A model generated the notes under the pieces. That model was not told the origin of the DNA. It worked only from the letters and a program-made list of their open reading frames with translations, and did no database searches. DNA of 64,000 bases from a virus (lineage: Duplodnaviria > Caudoviricetes), in the IMG/VR virus record IMGVR_UViG_3300031555_004891, one strand, 5' to 3'. Position numbers and translations under genes: made by a program. How positions within the stretch are numbered: position 1 is the stretch's first letter; every line of letters begins with the position of its first letter. This document shows, in pieces, positions 34,537 to 42,974 of this stretch.

Positions 34537-36606
34537 ATGGCTATAAATACAGCTAAAGGTTCGATGACTCAATATGCTTATACTAAAGCTGGTCCTTTCG
34601 ATTCTAAAATGTTAGTTAAAACAAAAGCTGAATTAACGCAAGCAGCTACCTGGATTCCTCAAGGTGGGTCTATGCCAGTCCATTATGCTGGAATGATTGT
34701 TTCAGTTAATGCTGATACTGTTACTGAGAATAATGGTATTTATATTCTTAAAAATGCAGCTTTTAGTAATGAGAGCAATTGGGTAAAATTATGCGATTTA
34801 GATGCTTTAGATGCTTTAAAAGCAGAATTAGAAGAAAAAATCGCAAACGAAGCTGGTCAAAAAGGTGATCAAGGTGATCCTGGTAAATCAGCTTACCAAA
34901 TATGGGTAGAAGCTGGAAATGAAGGCAATGAAGAAGCATTTTTAGCTAGTTTAATCGGTGCACAAGGCCCTCAAGGTGAAACAGGACCTCAAGGCGAACA
35001 AGGCCCTCAAGGTGTGCAAGGTGAGCAAGGTATTCAAGGTGAAACAGGACCAACAGGTCCAACTGGACCTCAAGGCCCTAAAGGTGATACTGGTGCAACT
35101 GGACCTCAAGGTGATATTGGTCCTACAGGTCCTCAAGGTCCTACTGGTGACAAAGGTGAAAAGGGTGAACCTGGCGTATCTAGCATTAAATTATCGGATA
35201 TAAAATCAGATTGGTCTACTGTTATTGCTGGAGATATTTATTTAACCCAAAAAGTTAACGAATTTACAACATTAACTGGTGAGCAAAACGCAGTTGGTGT
35301 TATGGTTATCGTTAGAGCAATTGATGCTGATAATCAAGCTAATTCTCAAGTTGATTATATCGGTAAACTTACTGGTGAGCAAGGTCCTAAAGGTGATAAA
35401 GGCGATAAGGGTGATATAGGCCCTCAAGGTCCTACTGGCGCTCAAGGTCCTAAGGGTGAACAAGGAACAGGTGTTAATATAAAAGCATCAGAAACTGATT
35501 GTACTGAACTTGGTGATGCCTATATTGATTCCGAAGGTAATATCCAAATTGTAACATCTGTTAGCCCTAAATATTTCACAAATGGTGGTCAAGTTAAAGG
35601 TCCTAAAGGCGATAAGGGTGATAAAGGTGATAAAGGCGACACTGGTGCACAAGGCCCCACTGGTCCTGCAGGAAGTGACGCAACAGTTACAAAAGAAGCA
35701 GTAGAAAATGTTTTAACTGGAATTATCACAACTCACGAACATTATGATGATAAAATTAAATTATCAGCTGATATTTGGACTGATAAGACTATTGGTCATA
35801 TAGAAGGTACAGCTAACGCACCTAAGAAAGTTGCTAGTAAAGATGATACCTTAAAAACATTATTTACTAACATATTTGGTACTGTAGAAGATGATAGTAC
35901 TGATTTGGTGCATGCACCAACTATAACTAAAGTTTCTATTGGAAGTTCTTCTTATGAGTATGGTACTAAATTAACAACCTTACCAGTAACTATTAGCAAA
36001 AAATCAGGTTATTATGAGTATGGACCTACTGTTGCTGATCCTAGCTGGACTTTCAGCGGTACTGTAACTGGTTTTTCTGGAGCAACTTTTGATGGTTCAA
36101 AAATAACATTAAATGGCAACTTTGTTGTTGGTCAAACTTCTTCTTTAAAGTTGGATGTTTCTGGATCTTATACATACCTTAGCACAATAAAGACTGCTAC
36201 AACAAAGATGGGTAATGCTACTGATCAAAAACTTGTATCAGGCACTACTAGTGGATCAGGAACATTTAATCCTACAGGTGTTAAATATGTTTACTGGGCT
36301 ACATCAACAACAACTGCAACACCAACTTCTTGGAAAAAATACAGTACTGGTACAACATCAATAACAGATTTACAATTATCATGTAAAGCTAATGAATATA
36401 TTTGGGTGGCTTGCACAGATAATAAAACTAACTTCTATGCATGGAACGATGCTAGCGGTAAGTATAATACAGATCCATTACCTACAACAAAAACTGGTAC
36501 AGCATCTATAGTAAATGCACAGGAAGCTTCTGTTAGTGGATATTATTTATATCGTACAACAAACGCTATGCTTCAAGCAGTAGATACTAAATTTAAGTTA
36601 GCATAA
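34537..36606 (+). CDS. Collagen-like fibre segment protein, 689 aa
   Basis: GPFD N-domain, GKSAYQIW motif, long Gly-X-Y runs. Confidence 0.85.
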   Translation: MAINTAKGSMTQYAYTKAGPFDSKMLVKTKAELTQAATWIPQGGSMPVHYAGMIVSVNADTVTENNGIYILKNAAFSNESNWVKLCDLDALDALKAELEEKIANEAGQKGDQGDPGKSAYQIWVEAGNEGNEEAFLASLIGAQGPQGETGPQGEQGPQGVQGEQGIQGETGPTGPTGPQGPKGDTGATGPQGDIGPTGPQGPTGDKGEKGEPGVSSIKLSDIKSDWSTVIAGDIYLTQKVNEFTTLTGEQNAVGVMVIVRAIDADNQANSQVDYIGKLTGEQGPKGDKGDKGDIGPQGPTGAQGPKGEQGTGVNIKASETDCTELGDAYIDSEGNIQIVTSVSPKYFTNGGQVKGPKGDKGDKGDKGDTGAQGPTGPAGSDATVTKEAVENVLTGIITTHEHYDDKIKLSADIWTDKTIGHIEGTANAPKKVASKDDTLKTLFTNIFGTVEDDSTDLVHAPTITKVSIGSSSYEYGTKLTTLPVTISKKSGYYEYGPTVADPSWTFSGTVTGFSGATFDGSKITLNGNFVVGQTSSLKLDVSGSYTYLSTIKTATTKMGNATDQKLVSGTTSGSGTFNPTGVKYVYWATSTTTATPTSWKKYSTGTTSITDLQLSCKANEYIWVACTDNKTNFYAWNDASGKYNTDPLPTTKTGTASIVNAQEASVSGYYLYRTTNAMLQAVDTKFKLA
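34948..35175 (+). repeat. Collagen-like Gly-X-Y coding repeat
   Basis: GAQGPQGETGPQGEQ...; further runs near 35375-35470 and 35600-35670. Confidence 0.85.
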
Positions 36607-36619
36607 GGAGAAATAAGAA

Positions 36620-37609
36620 ATGGCAAGTAATGTAATTAATTCAGGTTTAAACCTTATGAATACTGCATATAATGGTGCTGGTGGTATAGTTTTATCAGGT
36701 GATGCAGTTAAAGGTGGTTATTTTGTAACTGACACTATTGCGAATATTCCTTCTTGGTCTAATGTTGAAGGTACTTTATGCTATTGTACAGGTGATTCTA
36801 AATTCTATCAATACGATGGATCTAATTGGAAAGAAGCAGCTTTTTCAGGTAGCAATGGTTCAGGTATTTCTACTGTAAATAGTAAACAATATTCTGGTGG
36901 TATTTTTACTCCAATAAATTATCCTTCTGATACCACTGTAAAAGGTGGTGGTTATTTAGCTACATCTGTATTTGCTGATGATGGTGCAACTTCATATAAT
37001 AGTTCTGAATTTATTAAACCACGTGGTATAAGTGTAAATGGCGCAGAAGCTAGTGCTGATAGTACTAACTATTATAGACCAGTTATTGCTAAAGCTGATG
37101 GATCTATTGCTGAATTACCAGACTTAACTATTTATGCACCTGTTGCAGCTGGTAAGGAAGGTGAATTTGTTGTTGCTGACGAAAATGGTAAAGCTGTTTG
37201 GTCTAACGTGACAAAAGAAACAATTGGCTTAGATAAAGTAGAAAATAAATCTGCAACTGATTTAAAATCTGAGTTTAAAGGTACTATAGCAGCTGGTGAT
37301 ACTGGTTTTACAACTGGCGGTGATGTTTATACTAAATTAAATGAAAAAGCTAATACATCACATAGTCACGCTGCTTCTGACATAACATCAGGTACATTAG
37401 CTATAGATAGAATTCCTACAGGTACTAGCAGCACAACTGTAGCTATTGGTAATCATGGTCACGATAGTGTATATTCAAAATTAGGACACACTCATACAGG
37501 ACATTCAGGCGAAGCTACTGGTACAGCTAAAAAAGTTTGGACCTATACTGGCGATGGTAAATATGCTTGGACTTCTGGCTATGTAGATGATGGTGATTTA
37601 ACTGAATAA
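36620..37609 (+). CDS. Fibre segment protein, 329 aa
   Basis: IGLDKVENKS and HSHAASDITSGTL..RIP fibre motifs. Ends YVDDGDLTE. Confidence 0.8.
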   Translation: MASNVINSGLNLMNTAYNGAGGIVLSGDAVKGGYFVTDTIANIPSWSNVEGTLCYCTGDSKFYQYDGSNWKEAAFSGSNGSGISTVNSKQYSGGIFTPINYPSDTTVKGGGYLATSVFADDGATSYNSSEFIKPRGISVNGAEASADSTNYYRPVIAKADGSIAELPDLTIYAPVAAGKEGEFVVADENGKAVWSNVTKETIGLDKVENKSATDLKSEFKGTIAAGDTGFTTGGDVYTKLNEKANTSHSHAASDITSGTLAIDRIPTGTSSTTVAIGNHGHDSVYSKLGHTHTGHSGEATGTAKKVWTYTGDGKYAWTSGYVDDGDLTE

Positions 37610-37613
37610 AAAC

Positions 37614-37631
37614 CTGTATAATATTATGCAG
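37614..37631 (+). promoter_or_regulatory. CTGTATAA motif (near-palindrome CTGTATAATATTATGCAG)
   Basis: Recurring intergenic motif containing TATAAT. Confidence 0.4.
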
Positions 37632-37638
37632 ATACTGT

Positions 37639-37672
37639 AAGCAAGCAGAAATTTCTGCTTGCTTTTCTTTTT
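37639..37672 (+). terminator. Intrinsic terminator
   Basis: Perfect inverted repeat AAGCAAGCAGAAATTTCTGCTTGCTT followed by a T tract. Confidence 0.75.
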
Positions 37673-37685
37673 ACTGGGAGGTTAT

Positions 37686-38906
37686 ATGAAAACTTTTAAC
37701 TCATATAAAGATGTAAAAATTTGCTGTTATGCTATGTGTGCTAGTGAGCCAGAAGCCTTTATAGATAGATGGCTCGAAAGTATGAAAGGTGCTGATTGGA
37801 TAACTGTTTTAGTTACCAAAGCTAATGATCCAAATTATGCTTATTTTAAACAAAAACAACAACTACCAGAATTCGCAAATAAGCTTATTGTAGAAGAAAA
37901 AGCCATATCACCATGGCGTTTTGATACAGCTAGAAATGAAAGTATGAAACTAATACCTAAGGAAGCAGATGCTCTTATTTGCACTGATATTGATGAAATT
38001 CTTATAGAAGATTTTTGGGATGATTATAGAAAATGTGTTTTTGAGCATCCTAATTTTGAGAGAATATATTATCAATATGCATGGTCTCATGATGAAACTA
38101 CTGGTGATCCTAAATGGTATTTTTGGTATGATAAAACGCATCAAAATGGTGGTTGGTTTTGGGATTATCCAGTCCATGAGTCCTTGAAATGTCCTGAAAT
38201 AGAAAAATATGGTTACATAGGAACATATTATCTAGATTCTAATAAAATATATTTGCATCATTATCCAGATACTACAAAAAGTAGAAGTAGTTATTTAGGT
38301 TTATTAGAAATGCGAGCTAAAGAATATCCAGAAGATATGTATGGTTTATATTATCTGCAAAGGGAGTATTCTTTTATAGATGATTACGAGAGTGCACTTA
38401 AAACAGCTGTTCAACTGTATGTTCGACTTCTTAAAAATAATCCAAATGCAGAAGAATTAGAAGCTAGAGATGATATGATGATGCTATCAGGAACATGCGT
38501 TTCTATAGGTGATTATTTCTTACAATTTAACATGAAAGAAGATGCTGAATTATTCTATAAAAAAGCTATGATTCATGATCCTGGTTTTAGAGATAGTTAT
38601 ATAAAACTAGCACAAATGTATGCATATTGTGGTAGATATTCTGATTGTTATTCGATTTTAGATATAATGGATATAAACTCTGTTTATAGAGTTGATTGGC
38701 GTTTAGTTTCATATTATTGGCGAGATTGGAAGCGTTATCAGATTTTAGCTGATGCTAAATGTTGGGAAGGTGACTTAAAAGAAGCTGGAAGATACTTTAA
38801 TCTAGCTCTTGCAGATATAAAAACTGATGATGATAGAAAAGATGCTAGCGAAGAAGGTTTTTATAATGACTATCAGTGGTACTTAATTAATAAAGGTAAA
38901 GCATAA
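37686..38906 (+). CDS. GT2-family glycosyltransferase with C-terminal TPR-like helices, 406 aa
   Basis: SD GGGAGG before ATG 37686. PWRFDTARN, CTDIDE (DxD), W.YPVHE, HHYPD..KSRSSYL.LLE. Confidence 0.85.
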   Translation: MKTFNSYKDVKICCYAMCASEPEAFIDRWLESMKGADWITVLVTKANDPNYAYFKQKQQLPEFANKLIVEEKAISPWRFDTARNESMKLIPKEADALICTDIDEILIEDFWDDYRKCVFEHPNFERIYYQYAWSHDETTGDPKWYFWYDKTHQNGGWFWDYPVHESLKCPEIEKYGYIGTYYLDSNKIYLHHYPDTTKSRSSYLGLLEMRAKEYPEDMYGLYYLQREYSFIDDYESALKTAVQLYVRLLKNNPNAEELEARDDMMMLSGTCVSIGDYFLQFNMKEDAELFYKKAMIHDPGFRDSYIKLAQMYAYCGRYSDCYSILDIMDINSVYRVDWRLVSYYWRDWKRYQILADAKCWEGDLKEAGRYFNLALADIKTDDDRKDASEEGFYNDYQWYLINKGKA

Positions 38907-40892
38907 ATGAGAATTATTGTTTATACAATTATGAAAAATGAGTTAAAAAACATAGAATCATGGCTCGAAAACATAAAAGATGCTGATGGAATCTATGTTC
39001 TAGATACTGGCTCAACAGATGGTAGCTATGAAAAAATGCTTGAAATGAAAGCTATGTATCCACAACTGCATGTTGAACAGAATATTTATGATGAGTTCCG
39101 ATTCGATACCGCTAGAAATGATAACTTATCTATGGTTCCAAATATGGATGATGTGATATGCTGGACTATAGATCTAGATGAAAGATTCTGTAATGATTGG
39201 TATAATAAGACTAAAAAAGCTGTTGAGGATAATCCTGGTTTTTATAAACTAACTTATTGGTATGCTTGCAGACATGATGATTACGGAAATGTAACTGATA
39301 AACATATTTATGATAAATGTCATCAAAGAATTGGTGCTAATTGGTCTAGACCTATACATGAAATTTTAACTTACGGTGACTATGAAAATATTTATGATAA
39401 GGGTAATATTATGATAGATGAGTCAGAAATATTTGTACATCACTATCAAAATCTTGAAACAGATAGGGGTCCTCAATATATTAATTTACTTAAATCTAGA
39501 ATAGAATCAGATAAATATGATATAGAAGCTATGCATCATCTAACAACAGAGTATACTAAATTAGGTGATGATTAGGCTTAGTTAGATACGTTATTACTAC
39601 AATACGCTCGAGGCGTAAGTTGTAAATGTGATTGGTTAGAATGTATTTGTGGTAATATAGCTGGATACTTCGAATCTAGAAATATCTCTGATGCTGAAAT
39701 GTGGTTTAAGAAAGCTATAGACTATAATCCAAATCTTATAACTTATTATATCAGATATTCTCAATATTTATCTTATAGAAATAGAGCAGATGAAGCTTTA
39801 AGAGTTTTAAAAAGCATACCCAGCACGGTTTATGTGCAAGAAGAATGGAAAGAAATTGAGGGGGCTCATACATGGCTTTTAGATGATAGTTACGGGCTAG
39901 CTTACTCATGGAAAGGTGATTATGAAACAGCATTAAATTGCTTTAGAAGCGCATATGAGAGAGCTATTGATGCAAACAGTGATTATGGTATTGAAATAAC
40001 ATCAGATCATGTACACTTTTGTGAAGATAAATTAGAAAAAATGGTTGATAAAGCTTATGTAACAATTCTGAGTGATAATTCTTATATAAATGGTGTTGTT
40101 GTTTTAGATAGAAGCTTGAAATGTGTAAATAGCAAGTATCCGTTATATTGTATAATTACAGAAGAAGTATCAGAAGAAAATAGAAAAGTATTATCTGACT
40201 TAAATATAAAAATAATAGAAAAAGATATACTCATACCTAAAGGTCAAACAGAAGACAATAAAGTTGATGTTGTAGAATCACTTTTGCAATCAGGTTGGCA
40301 CAAAGCTTTAGTTAAATTACATATATTTGGTTTAACTCAATTTAAAAAGATTGTTTATATAGATTCTGATATTATAGTTAAATAGAATATAGATGATCTT
40401 TTCGATAAGCCGCATATGACTGCTTGCTGGGATAGATTTGGTTTTAGCGATCAAGACATTTGTGATTCTAAATCTTTTAATAGTGGCTTATTGGTAGTAG
40501 AACCAAATTTAGAAGAATATATATCTATTATAAATTTCTTTAATAATTTTGAAAGCGATGGTGACTTAATACATGATCAGCGAGTTTTGCAAGCTTATTT
40601 TAAAGATTGGCCTGATATGTATTAGCTGCATTTAGATGCATGGTGGGCGCCATGGACTACTGCTTTCAATCCAAATTCAGATGAGTATTACTATATGCAG
40701 TCTAAAATGAAAACTATGCATATAATAGATACAAAACCATGGCGAGTTTCTAAGCAATATTTTTATAATTTATTTGCTGAGTACCCATGTTATGCTAAGC
40801 TGTGTTTAGATTATATAGATATCTTAAATTACACAATTACTGATTTACAACAAAAAGGAATAACTAGTTCAGATCTGAGAATTATAAATTAA
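38907..40892 (+). CDS. GT2-TPR-GT8 (glycogenin-like) fusion glycosyltransferase, 661 aa (4 TAG)
   Basis: Four same-frame ORFs joined at TAG 39573, 39579, 40383 and 40623. GT2 motifs VLDTGSTDG, FDTARN, IDLDE. GT8 motifs AYVTIL, KIVYIDSD..VK(Q)NIDDLF, FNSGLLV.EP, DQ, H...KPW. Confidence 0.85.
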
Positions 40893-40908
40893 TTCTCAGA
40901 TTCTTTTT
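40873..40908 (+). terminator. Intrinsic terminator
   Basis: ATCTGAGAATTA / TAATTCTCAGAT stem followed by TCTTTTT. Confidence 0.65.
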
Positions 40909-40920
40909 CAAGTTTTTATC

Positions 40921-41002
40921 GCTAAATTATAAAGAATAGGTTATCACTTTTGACTTAATATTTTTTAGACTAAATTTAGTTTGTTTTATATGCTAAATTT
41001 AT
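40921..41002 (+). promoter_or_regulatory. Tandem putative late promoters (GCTAAATTAT 40921; GCTAAATTTAT 40992)
   Basis: Motif copies upstream of the membrane/lysis cluster. Confidence 0.55.
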
Positions 41003-41021
41003 TGAACGAGGGTTTTGACCA

Positions 41022-41615
41022 ATGAACAAAGCAAAAGTTATTCTATTTTACATATTATCATGTACCTGGGGTTTTATAATGACCTTTATTGGTGCTGTAG
41101 TAGCTCTAAGCTTAATTATATCAGGTCATAAACCAAAACTTTTCCATCATAATATTTATTTCATAGTTGGAGAAGGTTGGGGTGGTCTTGAGTTGGGTCC
41201 ATTTTTCTTAGTAGGTAAGGGTTCTGGATTACATACAAAATAGCATGAGAGCGGTCATGGTATACAAAATGCAGTGTTTGGCCCACTTATGCCATTTATA
41301 GTTTGTTTACCGTCAGCTACTAGATATTGGTTGAGAGAGTAGAAAACACAGAAAGATAAGAAAGAATTTTCAATTATATTATTTGCAGCTGTAGCTCTTT
41401 TAGCGATGTTGCTTTGCTTAATACCTATATTATCAGGTCTTTATGTTTGGTTTATTTTACCAGGTTTAATTTTTATTTATGACTTAATCATATTGATATG
41501 GTTACTTAAAATAGAAATCCCAAAATATAAGAATGATAAACCTGACTATGATGATATTTGGTTTGAAGGCTAGGCTACTAGATTAGGTGAAAAATACTTT
41601 CCAGGTACGATTTAA
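41022..41615 (+). CDS. Membrane zincin-like metallopeptidase, 197 aa (3 TAG)
   Basis: Readthrough reveals TK(Q)HESGHGIQN (HExxH) and YDDIWFEG(Q)A, with several hydrophobic segments. Confidence 0.7.
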
Positions 41616-41733
41616 TTTGTAATAATTTGTTGGCAAACTCCTATAATATTTCCGGAGGGTGCGTTTGGAGGAATATATTAATATTATGGGAGATGTAAAC
41701 ATGATTTCCAAAAATTAGGGGGATAGATAAATA

Positions 41734-42378
41734 ATGGCTGAAGTACTTAATTTTTTATCTATTCCAGGCGCAGTAGCTGTTGTAATATTAGGTATTTGGG
41801 CTATATTACAAGTCATTGGAGAAATTCTTGAACTTAAAGGAAAAATAGTTCCAGAATTTATGAAAATAAGAAAATTCTTTGCTCGCAAGAAGAAAGAAAA
41901 AGCTGACAGAAAGCAAGCTGAGTAGGAAACAGCTCAAACATTGCTTGAAGTGAAACAGTTATTATCTGATGTTAACGCACATTATAATGCTGATAATATC
42001 TCTAGGAGAGATTGTTGGATGCATAGTGTTGATGATAATATTCAATGGACACATGAGCGTGCCGCAGTTTATGACAATTCAATTGCTAGCTTAAAAGATG
42101 ATTTTAGAGAGAATATGGCTATAACTGTTGATCTTTATATTAACTTTAACAGAAATAGAATTTTAGATTTTGCTAGTAAAGTTGCTGATGATAATGCATT
42201 AGCTTCAAAAGAAGAATTTAATCGTATTTATAAGATAAATAGAGATTATCATGAAATGCTAGCAAAATATGGTAAAGAAAATGGTGAAGTAGATACAGCT
42301 ATGACAATCATAAATGAAGCTTATGAGTATAGAATGAGACATCATTCTTTTATAGAGGATATTCGCGGATATCATTGA
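41734..42378 (+). CDS. N-terminally membrane-anchored protein of the lysis cluster, 214 aa (1 TAG)
   Basis: Single hydrophobic helix, then RNRILDFA...KEEF...NGEVD.A. Joined at TAG 41923. Confidence 0.7.
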
Positions 42379-42398
42379 GATAAATGGAGGTTAGACCG

Positions 42399-42770
42399 AT
42401 GAACGAATTAATAATATTTTTCCAAAATTATGGTTTACCAATTACCTTAATAGCTCTTTTAGGGGTAATGGTTTTAGGAATTTTGAAATATTGCAATGTA
42501 TTCTCAAAAATAGATGAAAAATATAGACATTGGATTTATATTGGAATTTCAGTAGCTATATCAGTAATTGGAACTGTAATATATTTAGCTATAGCAGGTT
42601 AGCTTGATATAAATTATATATTAACGATAAGTGCAGCTCTATTTACACTTAATCAAGCTTTCTATAGTATATTTAAAGCTACATCAATCAATGATTTAGG
42701 TACAAAAGTACTTGATATTATCGTGCAAGTTTGGAATAAAATAAAAGAAAAGAAAAATCAGGGACAATAA
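42399..42770 (+). CDS. Putative holin, 123 aa (1 TAG)
   Basis: SD GGAGG. About three hydrophobic segments and a basic C-terminus (KIKEKKN). TAG 42600. Confidence 0.6.
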
Positions 42771-42786
42771 AATTCCCTGATTTTTT
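42753..42786 (+). terminator. Intrinsic terminator
   Basis: AAAAATCAGGGA / TCCCTGATTTTT stem. Confidence 0.7.
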
Positions 42787-42930
42787 CCTGTATAAAAAGA
42801 GAAATTTTTTCTGTATATATAATTGTATAGAGATTATTTCTAGAGAATATAAAGCGAATATAATAAATAAGAAATTAATTAGTTAGGTAATAAAATATAT
42901 TACTTTAATTTTCTTTATTGAGATTTATAA

Positions 42931-42940
42931 GCTAAATTAT
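42931..42940 (+). promoter_or_regulatory. Putative late promoter GCTAAATTAT
   Basis: Exact copy about 35 nt before the terminase ATG. Confidence 0.65.
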
Positions 42941-42974
42941 ATATAGAATAGATTAAAATTAAAGTGAGTAGACT

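Noticed and set aside
24619-35203. Alternate-frame + strand ORFs 24619..24897 and 34958..35203
   Set aside because: They are nested in long genes. The second is a by-product of collagen codon periodicity.
34948-35670. Tandem DNA repeats as a CRISPR array or DGR repeat
   Set aside because: They are Gly-X-Y coding repeats with no spacers. I saw no reverse transcriptase or adenine-variant repeat pair in the window.
42384-42401. Holin/antiholin dual start (MEVRPM)
   Set aside because: The first ATG has no SD and overlaps the GGAGG serving ATG 42399.
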